This document shows positions 35,404 to 45,085 of a stretch of DNA of 64,000 nucleotides, one piece after another (the stretch's first letter is position 1; every line of letters begins with the position of its first letter). The notes beneath the pieces are model-generated. The model made no database searches and was not told the DNA's origin. It saw only the letters and a program-made list of their open reading frames with translations. A program made the position numbers and the translations under genes. This stretch comes from a virus. The stretch is from positions 70,775-134,774 of IMG/VR virus record IMGVR_UViG_3300045988_106231; one strand, given 5' to 3'.

Positions 35404-35701
35404 TGTGAATAACTACGATTTGTCGTTAAATCTATTAGATGGCGCATATAAATCACTTGCAAACGCTTCAAAAAACTTGGAGCTACTTCGGGAAGGAACC
35501 GCATTTAATCAGGTTCTGAACGATACTACACATATTATTGAACCGGATGAGCTAATTCATATTCTTGATAAATTCGCAGAGCAGCATCCTGACTGGGAAA
35601 TCTGTCTTAAAACTGACCATGGAACGGTTAGTGAAAAACTCAAAATGAATCATAATTTCTACGAAGGAATGGGTAATATGATTGTCCTTGATTTTGAATG
35701 A
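35396..35701 (+). CDS. hypothetical protein
   Basis: ATG 35396 is 10 nt after GGAGGG. Confidence 0.45.
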   Translation: MTNVNNYDLSLNLLDGAYKSLANASKNLELLREGTAFNQVLNDTTHIIEPDELIHILDKFAEQHPDWEICLKTDHGTVSEKLKMNHNFYEGMGNMIVLDFE

Positions 35702-35952
35702 AGATGACAAAACGACGATATAGACATTACATAATCGATTATCGTACATACAATTACACACTCAAGAAATATCACTACTTACACAGGGAAATCTACGCTG
35801 AAAATGCAAGAGATGCAGTTAAAATGCTAAGAAGCAAGGAATGCAATCGTGAATTTGAGATTGTTAAAGTCTGGTTTGTTGATATTTTTGGTGATAGAAA
35901 TGATAGATTTTATCCACGAACTTATGTGATTGACAAAGAGGATTATGAGTGA
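35698..35952 (+). CDS. hypothetical basic protein
   Basis: Overlapping stop/start ATGA. Confidence 0.45.
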   Translation: MKMTKRRYRHYIIDYRTYNYTLKKYHYLHREIYAENARDAVKMLRSKECNREFEIVKVWFVDIFGDRNDRFYPRTYVIDKEDYE

Positions 35953-35958
35953 GGTGGC

Positions 35959-36144
35959 TTGATGACTACTTGCGAACAACTTGAAACAGCAATTCGTGAT
36001 TTTATTGAAGAATGCCAGAGTCATCCGGTGCCGGATTTGTCAAAAGATGACCCGTGTGAAGGGTGTCGCTTTGAGGATTTTTGCAATAGATTCTATCCGG
36101 GTGATGGTAGCACATGGCATTGGCAAGTTTATGAGAAGGGGTGA
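35959..36144 (+). CDS. hypothetical Cys-containing protein
   Basis: GAGGTGG RBS, 61 aa. Confidence 0.45.
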   Translation: MMTTCEQLETAIRDFIEECQSHPVPDLSKDDPCEGCRFEDFCNRFYPGDGSTWHWQVYEKG

Positions 36145-36148
36145 GTGT

Positions 36149-36904
36149 ATGGTTTACATTACAGGTGATATTCATGGCGAATTTTACCGTTTTTTTAAAT
36201 TAGAGAAATTCTGCCATAAACATAATCTTGGAAAGAATGACTGGATCATTTGCCTTGGCGATGTCGGTTTGAACTACTACGGCAAAGACGACCCTCGTGA
36301 ATGGAGTATTAAGACTATTGCCGCAGATATCCCTGCGAATCTGTTTTGTATTCATGGAAATCATGAACGCCGCCCATCTCGTAAAAATGGCTATAAAATA
36401 AAGGAAATCAGTGGAGATATTTGCGGTAAAGTGTGGTATGACCCACATTATCCTAATCAGTATTTTGCTATTGATGGCGAGGTTTACCAGATTCTTGCTG
36501 ATAGGGAAATTTTAAACTGTCTTGTCTGTGGCGGAGCCTATTCTGTAGATAAATATTATCGGTTGGAGCATGGCTGGAATTGGTGGCCGGATGAACAGCC
36601 GAATGAGAAAACTAAGAAAAAGATCTGGAATATTACGCACGATCCTCAAATTGATGATATTGATGTTATGCTCACGCATACCTGTCCATTCCGGTTCATT
36701 CCAACTGAATTGTTTATCGGTGGTATTGATCAAAGCACAGTAGACCAGTCAACTGAAATATTCTTCGATAATATATACGAATGTTATCCTAACGATCGTA
36801 AACCATTCTGGTACTTCGGCCATTTTCATGGCAACAAGTATACCGATGACTATGTAATGCTTTTTGATGATATTATTAAGTTTGGAGATAAGAGGAAGGA
36901 GTAA
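36149..36904 (+). CDS. calcineurin-like metallophosphoesterase
   Basis: GDIHG, GDVG and GNHE motifs in order; ATG 36149 after GAAGGGGTGAG. Confidence 0.7.
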   Translation: MVYITGDIHGEFYRFFKLEKFCHKHNLGKNDWIICLGDVGLNYYGKDDPREWSIKTIAADIPANLFCIHGNHERRPSRKNGYKIKEISGDICGKVWYDPHYPNQYFAIDGEVYQILADREILNCLVCGGAYSVDKYYRLEHGWNWWPDEQPNEKTKKKIWNITHDPQIDDIDVMLTHTCPFRFIPTELFIGGIDQSTVDQSTEIFFDNIYECYPNDRKPFWYFGHFHGNKYTDDYVMLFDDIIKFGDKRKE

Positions 36905-36906
36905 GA

Positions 36907-39900
36907 ATGTCAAGTAGTTTACACACGCACTCGAATTACAGTCTGCTAGATGGGTACTCTTCTCCTGAAGAAAATCTAAAAAGAGCATCTGAACTCGGTT
37001 TAAAGGCCATTGCTATTACGGAGCATGGTGAGGTAACAAGCTGGCCGTATTACTCAGAACTGAAAGACAAGTATCCGAATGTAAAACTTCTTTATGGTAT
37101 TGAGGCATATGAGTGTGAAGACAGGGCAGTTAAGGATAAGAACAGTAAATACTGGCACCTGATTATTATCGCAAAGAATGAGGCTGGCCGTCAGGCTGTT
37201 AATCGCTTGTCTACACTCGGTCATCTTCATGGTTTTTATAGCCGTCCTCGTATCACAAAAGAGGATATCGCTAAGGAAGATACGAATAATTTGATTATCC
37301 TGTCTGCTTGTTTAGCAAGTAGGCTGTCCAGAACAGATGATTATAACGCTTGTATTAAGCTGGTTCAAGAGTATAAGAGCTTATTTCCTCACTATTATCT
37401 TGAAGTTCAGGCTCATGCAAACAGTGAACAGGCAAAATACAATCAAAAAATCATGCGGCTAGCAAATGACACTCACACAAAAGTGGTTGTCACAAACGAT
37501 GTTCACGCTGCCACCAAAGAAGATCTTTATTATCAGGACTATTTTCTTCGTATCGCTCACGACACGGAAACCGCCGCAGAAATCTATGAAGGGTGCTACT
37601 TCATGTCTCGTGAGGAACAACATAGAATTCTTGATGGTCAGATTGGATATGAAGCGACAGAATGGTGTATCAATAATACTGACGAGGTTGCTGACCTGTG
37701 TGATGATGTAGATATGCCTTGGCATGAACCGGAACTTCCCAAAATTAAGATTCCGCCACAGTATTCTAATTCGGCAACTTACCTGAAAGACCTTGTAAAA
37801 GAGGGATGGAAGAAACGTGGAATTGATAAGTTTGATGTAGAAAAGCAGAAAATCTATCGCAAACGTGTTGATGATGAGTTGTTTGTCATCGAGAAAAAAG
37901 ACTTCTGTGACTACTTTTTGATTCTGGTCGATTACATCAACTGGTGTAAGCAAAACGATGTTATTGTTGGCCCAGGGCGAGGCTCTGCTGCCGGTTCACT
38001 CGTGTGCTATCTGATTGGTATTACGCAGCTCGATTCCATCAAGTATGAGCTTGATTTCGGACGGTTCCTTACTATTGAACGAAAAGACCTTCCTGACGTT
38101 GACGTAGATGTTAGCGACCGTGCGAAAGTTGTTGAGTATTTGACTCAGAAGTATGGAGAAGATCGAGTAGTTCAAGTTATGAACATCGTGTACACTACTC
38201 CGGTCACTTCGATTCAAGACGTTGGTAAGGTGTTGGGATTCCCGTATGCTGAGATTAGAAAAATCAGTGAGAAGTTTGTTCAAAAGACATGGAAAGATTG
38301 TCTTGAGGCAAACCCAGAAGTGGCTGAAAATCCGAAGTATCAGGAATTACTTGACATCGCAAGTCATATCAATGGTCGTCCACGAGGATATGGCATCCAT
38401 GCTGGCGGTGTTATTGTCTGCCGACATCCTTATTATGAGTATATCGGCATTCGGCACGGCACTGACGGAGAACATGTTATCTCTGTTGATAAAGTGATGG
38501 ACGAGAAAATCGGACTCGTCAAGTTTGATATTCTTGGTGTTGCGTCACTGGTTGCCATTGATGAAGCAAAACGTGAGGACAACATTCCAGAATGGGAAAT
38601 TGATATCAACAATCCAGAGTTTGAAAACGATAAGGCAACTTACGATTTGATTTGTTCCGGGCGGACAGACAATCTATTCCAGATTGAGTCTTCGGGAATG
38701 AAGGATCTGGTCGCACAGCTTCAGCCGAGGTCAATTGAGGGACTATCAGCTTTGATTGCACTTTATCGTCCTGATGCGATGCCGTCCATTCCTACATACG
38801 TTGATTGCAAGTACCACCCTGAACACATTCACTACTTCCATCCTGACATGGAACCAATTTTTCGCAGCACCTATGGTGTGAATATCTATCAGGAACAAAG
38901 TATGAAGCTCACGAAGGTCTTTGGCGGTCGAAACGATGCCGGAGCTGATAGAATGCGTAAATGCTTGGCAAAGAAAAAGCCTGAGAAAGTCAAGGAAGAG
39001 GTTGAGCTTCTTTACGATGAGATTCTTGCAAACGGATACGATGAAGCAACCGCCGAACATATTTGCGATGAACTGTCAACGAAGGGCGGCTACGGATTTA
39101 ACAAGTCACATTCTCAGGCGTATGCCGTTATCTGCCTTCAAACAGCATACTTAAAAACACACCATCCGCTTGCGTTCTTTAAGGCTATGCTAAACCTGAA
39201 TAAAGCAAAGGTTGGTAAGGTAAACAAGATTATGGTAGATGCACGGAGTTTTGGTGTTCAGGTTCTTCCTCCGAGTATCAATCGTTCCGGCATGGATTTT
39301 ACTGTATCGAATGGGAAAATTCTATTTGGTCTATCCGCAATCGGTGGCATTGGTGATACGCTTGCCGATGCTATTATTGCCGAAAGAGATAAGAATGGAA
39401 AGTTCAAGGGTCTTGATGACTTTACGAGCCGTGTCCGTGCAACAAAGGCACAGATCATCGCACTGGTTAAGTCTGGTGCCATTCCTACAAAGAATAAACG
39501 AGCGTTTTTGGAAAAGTACATTGCGAGTGGTTTGGAGCAATCTGAGTTCAAACCGGTAAGCACACTTCCTACAAAAGCTGTCCTGCTGAGTAAGTGGGAT
39601 ATTGATACGGAGCATTATAGGGTTGGTAAGAAGGTTGATAAAGAAACTGTCCTACGAATCTATAACGAAAAACGTCGTGTTGTATATGAGACTGAAAAGC
39701 TCAAGAAAAAAGAAACATACATGACTGAGCAATCAGAGAAGTATTTGAGGGACGAGCAATTCTGGGAATTCCAGACATTACAGACATTCATCATCGATAA
39801 GAATCCGTTTGAAAAAGCATATGAGTACATTCGAGATTTCTCAGAGCTTGAGAATGGTGACTCTTGTGTGCTGGTTGGTATTATCGCAAAGATTCAGAAG

Positions 39901-40122
39901 AAGAAAACAAAGACTGGTATGCAGTTTGCGTTTGTAAATCTGTACTCTGGTGATGGTATCATTGAGCTAACTGTGTGGCCGAGAATCCTTTCTGATTATC
40001 AGGATTTGATTGTTAAGGGAAGTCAGGTAGCTGTGCTTGGTAAGAAGGAAGATGATTCGCACGTTATTGCGAATGACTTCAAGCCTTACAAGCAATGGCT
40101 GCATGATAGAGAGATAAGGTAA
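36907..40122 (+). CDS. dnaE: DNA polymerase III alpha subunit, DnaE-type
   Basis: PHP domain N-terminus HTHSNYSLLDGYSSPEE...AITEHG; 1071 aa; internal GGVIVCRHP-type palm-region motifs consistent with the Pol III alpha architecture. Confidence 0.85.
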   Translation: MSSSLHTHSNYSLLDGYSSPEENLKRASELGLKAIAITEHGEVTSWPYYSELKDKYPNVKLLYGIEAYECEDRAVKDKNSKYWHLIIIAKNEAGRQAVNRLSTLGHLHGFYSRPRITKEDIAKEDTNNLIILSACLASRLSRTDDYNACIKLVQEYKSLFPHYYLEVQAHANSEQAKYNQKIMRLANDTHTKVVVTNDVHAATKEDLYYQDYFLRIAHDTETAAEIYEGCYFMSREEQHRILDGQIGYEATEWCINNTDEVADLCDDVDMPWHEPELPKIKIPPQYSNSATYLKDLVKEGWKKRGIDKFDVEKQKIYRKRVDDELFVIEKKDFCDYFLILVDYINWCKQNDVIVGPGRGSAAGSLVCYLIGITQLDSIKYELDFGRFLTIERKDLPDVDVDVSDRAKVVEYLTQKYGEDRVVQVMNIVYTTPVTSIQDVGKVLGFPYAEIRKISEKFVQKTWKDCLEANPEVAENPKYQELLDIASHINGRPRGYGIHAGGVIVCRHPYYEYIGIRHGTDGEHVISVDKVMDEKIGLVKFDILGVASLVAIDEAKREDNIPEWEIDINNPEFENDKATYDLICSGRTDNLFQIESSGMKDLVAQLQPRSIEGLSALIALYRPDAMPSIPTYVDCKYHPEHIHYFHPDMEPIFRSTYGVNIYQEQSMKLTKVFGGRNDAGADRMRKCLAKKKPEKVKEEVELLYDEILANGYDEATAEHICDELSTKGGYGFNKSHSQAYAVICLQTAYLKTHHPLAFFKAMLNLNKAKVGKVNKIMVDARSFGVQVLPPSINRSGMDFTVSNGKILFGLSAIGGIGDTLADAIIAERDKNGKFKGLDDFTSRVRATKAQIIALVKSGAIPTKNKRAFLEKYIASGLEQSEFKPVSTLPTKAVLLSKWDIDTEHYRVGKKVDKETVLRIYNEKRRVVYETEKLKKKETYMTEQSEKYLRDEQFWEFQTLQTFIIDKNPFEKAYEYIRDFSELENGDSCVLVGIIAKIQKKKTKTGMQFAFVNLYSGDGIIELTVWPRILSDYQDLIVKGSQVAVLGKKEDDSHVIANDFKPYKQWLHDREIR

Positions 40123-40134
40123 GGGGGTTGTAAG

Positions 40135-42465
40135 GTGGCAGATAAGAAATTTAATGAAAATATGATCCGTTGTTACATCAGGATAAAACGAGTCTTTTAT
40201 CCGAAAGATTGGAAGGAGGTGGAGCCCGGCGGCTTCGCCACTTTCTCTGCCGAAGTGGTAAAAATCAAGCAGGGAAACCCTATCATGAGCCGATATAGTG
40301 ACCTCCGACTGAAAGGCAACGTCCCTAGTCTTGATATGGATAAGACTTATTCGTTCTGTGGCGAGTATGTTCACCATGAAAAGTTTGGTGACCAGTATAA
40401 AATCGTCTACATGAATGAGTTTCAAGAGATTACTGACCCAGAAGAACAGAAAAGCTTTCTCCATTTTATCTTAACAGAACATCAGTTTGAGATGCTTTAT
40501 GAAGCATTTGACAATCCGTATGAGATCATCAAGAACGGTGATATCAAGTCTCTTTGCACTGTTAGTGGCATCACGGAAGGTCGAGCACAGAAAATTATCG
40601 ATGCCTTTGAAAATAATATTGATAATAGCGAAGCATACACGAAGCTGATTGAGTATGGTTTGACTCCCAGTGCAATCGGGAAACTTGTTCATCAATATCA
40701 CGGTGCAGACACTCTGGTTAGGAAGATTGAAGAGAACCCTTATGTTCTGATTGACGATGTATATGGTATTGGATGGAAGAAAGCTGACGCTCTTGCATTG
40801 AATATGGGATTGAAGCCAAACTCTCAGTTCCGAATTGAAGCTTACGTCATGCATTTTCTTGCCGACCGTGCCGAAGAAGGCAATTCTATCATCCCGGCAA
40901 ACCAGACAATAAATAGTTGCATTAAGGAACTTGGCTTGGATGAGGGTGACCAAGAGGTTATCAAGAGAGCACTTTTCCATCTGCACGATGTCCGTGAAAC
41001 GCTTTGGTGGAGTGATGATCGTCAAGAATTTGCTTTGACCAGAGTGTGGAATCTGGAAAATGAGATTGCAAAGGAAATTAAGCGTCTGGCGGATGCACCT
41101 GTTGAGCCGATTGGTCGAAACATGGACGCTGCAATCGATGAGGCGGAACGTGCTCTTGGCATCGAGTACACCGAGGGGCAGAGAGATGCTATTAAAAAGG
41201 TATGCTCTAGTAATGTCTGTATCTTGACAGGCTACGGAGGAACCGGTAAAAGTACCGTTGTCGCTGGTGTCCTAAAGGTTCTTCGTGGTAAGTCGTTTGC
41301 CCAGACTGCACTCTCTGGTCGTGCTGCTGCTCGTATGCAGGAGATTACTGGTCAGGACGGCAAGACAATTCACCGCCTCCTTGGTTACGACATTGAAAAT
41401 GGTGGCTTTATTCATAATAAGAACAATCCTTTAGAGGAGGATATCATCATTCTGGATGAAACCTCTATGGTTGGCGCTAAATTATTTTACGATTTGATTC
41501 AAGCAATCGAAACTGGTAAGCGATTTATCATGATTGGTGATGACGGACAGCTTGAGAGTATCGGTATGTGCAACATCTTCAAGGATATGCTTGCATCTAA
41601 GGTTGTTCCTGTTGCTCGTTTGACTAAGATCCATCGTCAGGCAGCTAAGTCTGCAATTATCACGGAAAGCATTAAGGTTCGTAATGCTACGCAGTTGGTT
41701 CCTTATGGCTGGGCTGGCAATGAGATTCGTGGTGAACTTCGTGACTTGGAGCTTGATATCTATAAGGATGCAAATGAGTCGTTCAACCACATCATCAATC
41801 AGTACCGTACCTTATATAATAAGGTAGGGAATGATAGTGCGAAGATTCAGATTGTACTTCCGCAGAAGCTCCGTGGTAGCATCTGCACCTACGAGGTGAA
41901 TAACGCTATTCAGGAGATTGTGAATCCAAATCGTGGTCAGACCGAAGCGAAGATTTCCGTCTATGGTGATGGAAAGGACAGAGTGTACACTCTGCGCGAG
42001 GGCGATCAGGTCATTATCAACAAGAATAACTATGAACTTCATACATACAATCTCAAGACAAAGAAAAAAGAAGAGAAGTGTCCGGTGTTTAACGGCAACC
42101 GTGGCATCATTCGAAAGATTGAAAGCAGTTTTATTCTGGTTGATTTTGACCAGTGGGGAACGATCTTCATTCCACATTACTTTGGTGGGAATAACATCTG
42201 GGCAACGCTTGAACTTGCTTATGCTTTAAGTTGTCATAAACTGCAGGGCAGTGAGGCTCCGTATGTGATTGTTGGTATGGATAACTCTGCGTACTTGATG
42301 TTGACGAGAGAATGGCTCTATACGGCCATCACTCGTGCTAAGAAGTATTGTGTGATTTGTGCTGAAACTCATGCTCTTGATCGGGCGGTAAAGACTTCGA
42401 GAGTTCCATATAAGCGGACGTTCCTGAAGGAATTTTTACGGAAAGAATTTTCAGAAAAGCATTGA
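40135..42465 (+). CDS. RecD-like SF1 DNA helicase (GTG start)
   Basis: Walker A TGYGGTGKST, Walker B IIILDETSM; HhH-type region GIGWKKADALAL; C-terminal SF1 motif ACLMLTREWLYTAITRAK. Confidence 0.75.
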   Translation: MADKKFNENMIRCYIRIKRVFYPKDWKEVEPGGFATFSAEVVKIKQGNPIMSRYSDLRLKGNVPSLDMDKTYSFCGEYVHHEKFGDQYKIVYMNEFQEITDPEEQKSFLHFILTEHQFEMLYEAFDNPYEIIKNGDIKSLCTVSGITEGRAQKIIDAFENNIDNSEAYTKLIEYGLTPSAIGKLVHQYHGADTLVRKIEENPYVLIDDVYGIGWKKADALALNMGLKPNSQFRIEAYVMHFLADRAEEGNSIIPANQTINSCIKELGLDEGDQEVIKRALFHLHDVRETLWWSDDRQEFALTRVWNLENEIAKEIKRLADAPVEPIGRNMDAAIDEAERALGIEYTEGQRDAIKKVCSSNVCILTGYGGTGKSTVVAGVLKVLRGKSFAQTALSGRAAARMQEITGQDGKTIHRLLGYDIENGGFIHNKNNPLEEDIIILDETSMVGAKLFYDLIQAIETGKRFIMIGDDGQLESIGMCNIFKDMLASKVVPVARLTKIHRQAAKSAIITESIKVRNATQLVPYGWAGNEIRGELRDLELDIYKDANESFNHIINQYRTLYNKVGNDSAKIQIVLPQKLRGSICTYEVNNAIQEIVNPNRGQTEAKISVYGDGKDRVYTLREGDQVIINKNNYELHTYNLKTKKKEEKCPVFNGNRGIIRKIESSFILVDFDQWGTIFIPHYFGGNNIWATLELAYALSCHKLQGSEAPYVIVGMDNSAYLMLTREWLYTAITRAKKYCVICAETHALDRAVKTSRVPYKRTFLKEFLRKEFSEKH

Positions 42466-42490
42466 CAATTATATAAGCATCCTGTATAAT
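42462..42490 (+). promoter_or_regulatory. consensus sigma70 promoter TTGACA-N17-TATAAT
   Basis: TTGACA 42462-42467, TATAAT 42485-42490; -10 lies inside a copy of the 21-bp motif. Confidence 0.7.
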
Positions 42491-42557
42491 ATAGCTATAA
42501 AAAGTCTCCATCTCGGAGGCTTAAAAATCTCTCTTTAGCTATATAATACAGGATACG

Positions 42558-42596
42558 AGAAAGAAATGGCTTGCTCGTAATGGCAAGCCTTTCTTT
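42558..42596 (+). other. long imperfect hairpin (terminator/attenuator-like) in the ligase leader
   Basis: GAAAGAAATGGCTTGC-TCGTAAT-GGCAAGCCTTTCTTT, 15-bp stem with one bulge, followed by a T-rich tract. Confidence 0.55.
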
Positions 42597-42638
42597 ATTG
42601 GTTGTAACTACACAACACAGGATGCATGAGGAGGCTTT

Positions 42639-43970
42639 ATGACAGATAAGGAGCTCATAGGTAAGCTCAATGCGATGGTAAGGGCATTACAAAGCACGAA
42701 GAAAAAGACAGACAAAGCCCGCATTTTACTGGATGTACGAAAGGATTTCGGAGATGAGGCTGACGAGCTGATGGCCTTCTTCCGATTCTTGCTTGATCCA
42801 GCAATCGTAACTGGACTGTCGGATGCAAAAATCAATAAGCAGGTTAATGCCAAGCCTGAAATTGATATTCAGTATCTCAGTTGCGGATACCTTTATATTA
42901 CAGGTGCTGGTCACAACACTGGTTCTGACGTGTCTATCGCAACAATCCAGAATTATTTACATAAAAATCCTGAGCACGAAGAATTCTTGAAACGACTGTT
43001 TACCAAGAACCTGCCGATTGGCGTGGAAGCAGCCACCATTAACAAGGTATATGGCGAGGAAATCATTCCTGTCTGGGAAGTTCAGCAGGGATATCCAATC
43101 GATAAGGTGAAACTGAAACCCGGCATCTGGTTCAGTCTGAGCCAGAAGATGAACGGCAATAGGGGCACAATGTATCGTGGAGATTTAATTTCTCGTCAAG
43201 CGCAGAAGTTTGAAGGACTCGACCATATTAAGAATGATCTGCTCGCTCTATATGATGGAGGTGTGGAGAGGCGAGATTCTTTGGTGTTTGATGGCGAACT
43301 CATTTATAAGAACCCTGAAGGAATGTCGGACGGAGAGGCGTTTCGTTTCGGCACTGGCCTACTTAATTCTGACAGCAAGAACAAGACTGGAATTAAATTT
43401 GTGATTTTTGATGTAATTCCTGTTGTAGAGTTCGACTGTGGAAAGTGTGCTGTCCAGTATCAAACCCGCCGGGAATGGCTAAATTGTCTTCGTGCGGAGA
43501 TTGCTCGTAAGAACCTTGAAAACATCGAAATTGTTCCAATGGTATACGAAGGTACTGACCAGAGTGTGATTCCGAAGTGGCTTGATTATGCTGTGGCACA
43601 TGATTGGGAGGGTTTGATGTTAAACACGAGCGTTCCTTATCAGCGTAAGCGTCATACTGGTTGTCTTAAAATCAAGCGTTTCTACACGGTTGACCTTCAC
43701 ATTACTGCAATCGAGGAAGGACAGAATCGGCTGGCTGGTACGATGGGTGCCCTAGTTGTGGACTACAAGGGCAACGAACTTCGGGTTGGTTCTGGCTTTG
43801 ATGACGCTACGAGAGCTGCCGTGTGGGCAAATCTTGATGACTATATCGGAAAAATCGTAGAAGTAAAATACAAAGAAAAGTCATGCGACAAGAAAACTGG
43901 TGCTGAATCCCTGCAATTCCCGACCTTTGTAAGATTTAGAGATGACAAGAATGAGGTGTCTTATGGCTGA
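42639..43970 (+). CDS. ATP-dependent DNA/RNA ligase-like nucleotidyltransferase
   Basis: Motif I-like SQKMNGNRG (KxNGxR variant of KxDGxR), motif III-like LVFDGELIY, motif IV-like EGLMLN, motif V-like LKIKR. Confidence 0.55.
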   Translation: MTDKELIGKLNAMVRALQSTKKKTDKARILLDVRKDFGDEADELMAFFRFLLDPAIVTGLSDAKINKQVNAKPEIDIQYLSCGYLYITGAGHNTGSDVSIATIQNYLHKNPEHEEFLKRLFTKNLPIGVEAATINKVYGEEIIPVWEVQQGYPIDKVKLKPGIWFSLSQKMNGNRGTMYRGDLISRQAQKFEGLDHIKNDLLALYDGGVERRDSLVFDGELIYKNPEGMSDGEAFRFGTGLLNSDSKNKTGIKFVIFDVIPVVEFDCGKCAVQYQTRREWLNCLRAEIARKNLENIEIVPMVYEGTDQSVIPKWLDYAVAHDWEGLMLNTSVPYQRKRHTGCLKIKRFYTVDLHITAIEEGQNRLAGTMGALVVDYKGNELRVGSGFDDATRAAVWANLDDYIGKIVEVKYKEKSCDKKTGAESLQFPTFVRFRDDKNEVSYG

Positions 43971-44169
43971 TGTAAAAGATTGTCCGCTGAAGTTCGCCAG
44001 TTCTGGTTTATTTTACTACAAAGATAAGTGCAAATGCTCAAAAGAGAACTGCGCATGGTGGATTGCAGTTGATAGGCGATGTGCGATGGAAAGTATTGCG
44101 TGTAATACAAATCATTTGAAATATATTGATGATTTTGTTGGGCGACTACTTGACTTGTATGCACGATAA
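43963..44169 (+). CDS. hypothetical Cys-rich small protein
   Basis: ATG 43963 after GAGGTG; overlaps ligase stop. Confidence 0.45.
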   Translation: MADVKDCPLKFASSGLFYYKDKCKCSKENCAWWIAVDRRCAMESIACNTNHLKYIDDFVGRLLDLYAR

Positions 44170-44180
44170 GGTGATAAACA

Positions 44181-44477
44181 ATGCCTAAAAATAAGTTAAA
44201 AGATTCCTTTTATTGGATGGGCAAAAATGGTAATGAATGTGATGTGAACTTGCTTGATAAGTCTGTTGCGAAAAGAATTAAGGAAGTAAAAGAACATCTC
44301 AAGAATGTTCCTTCTGGCAAGGCTGACTTCATGTATATCTCTGCAAAAGAATCGCTTATCGCCGGTTTTGTAAACGAAGAAGGAGAACGGTTCATCTTCA
44401 TGGCAAGAGATTACTGGGAAGCGGATTATGTTCCGGGATGTGGGTGGATAAAAGTGGAGGATGAAGATGGTTATTAA
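44181..44477 (+). CDS. hypothetical protein
   Basis: AAGGTGA RBS, 98 aa. Confidence 0.5.
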   Translation: MPKNKLKDSFYWMGKNGNECDVNLLDKSVAKRIKEVKEHLKNVPSGKADFMYISAKESLIAGFVNEEGERFIFMARDYWEADYVPGCGWIKVEDEDGY

Positions 44478-44577
44478 AGAAGATCAGGTTAAGGATTTTA
44501 TTGATTTTGCAAGGAAAGTTGGGTCAGCAAAAATCTGGATGAGATTTTAGATATGATTGATGTAGAGGAGTCAAGAG

Positions 44578-44850
44578 ATGAATCTTTCAAAGAAGACAAT
44601 TAAGTACATCCTTCGGATTCTGGATAACAAATGTATCGAGGTTCCTACAAAGGCATTCGCTTATAGCAATGGTGGACGTAGAATTTTGACTCGTGATTTT
44701 GAGCCAAAGGAGTCACACGGAATGAATGGCTGGCAAAGAATCGTCTATGTGCCGTCTGAAGGATATTTTTACGGAATTTATAACGGGCAGACAAAGGAAG
44801 ATTGGGATATTCCAGACATCTGGTCTCCTGCCCAGCTTGCAGATTTATGA
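44578..44850 (+). CDS. hypothetical protein
   Basis: GAGGAG RBS, 90 aa. Confidence 0.5.
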   Translation: MNLSKKTIKYILRILDNKCIEVPTKAFAYSNGGRRILTRDFEPKESHGMNGWQRIVYVPSEGYFYGIYNGQTKEDWDIPDIWSPAQLADL

Positions 44851-44859
44851 GGCTTTACA

Positions 44860-45084
44860 ATGTTTATTTTAACACAGAATAAAACAGGAGTTGTTAATAC
44901 AAATGAATGCTTTTCTATTCGTATAGTGGAAAACACAACGACAATTAGAGCTTATGGACCCGATTCACACACATGGTTTCGACTTGGCTATTATCAAACT
45001 ACAGAGAGGGCAAAGGACGTAATTCAAGAGATTAACACTGCTCTTTGTGAAAACCGTATTGGTTTCGATATGCCGGAGGATTAA
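44860..45084 (+). CDS. hypothetical protein, paralog family 2
   Basis: MFILTQNK...RAKDVIQEIN parallels the next ORF's MLLLTQGG...RCHDVISEIY. Confidence 0.5.
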   Translation: MFILTQNKTGVVNTNECFSIRIVENTTTIRAYGPDSHTWFRLGYYQTTERAKDVIQEINTALCENRIGFDMPED

Positions 45085-45085
45085 A

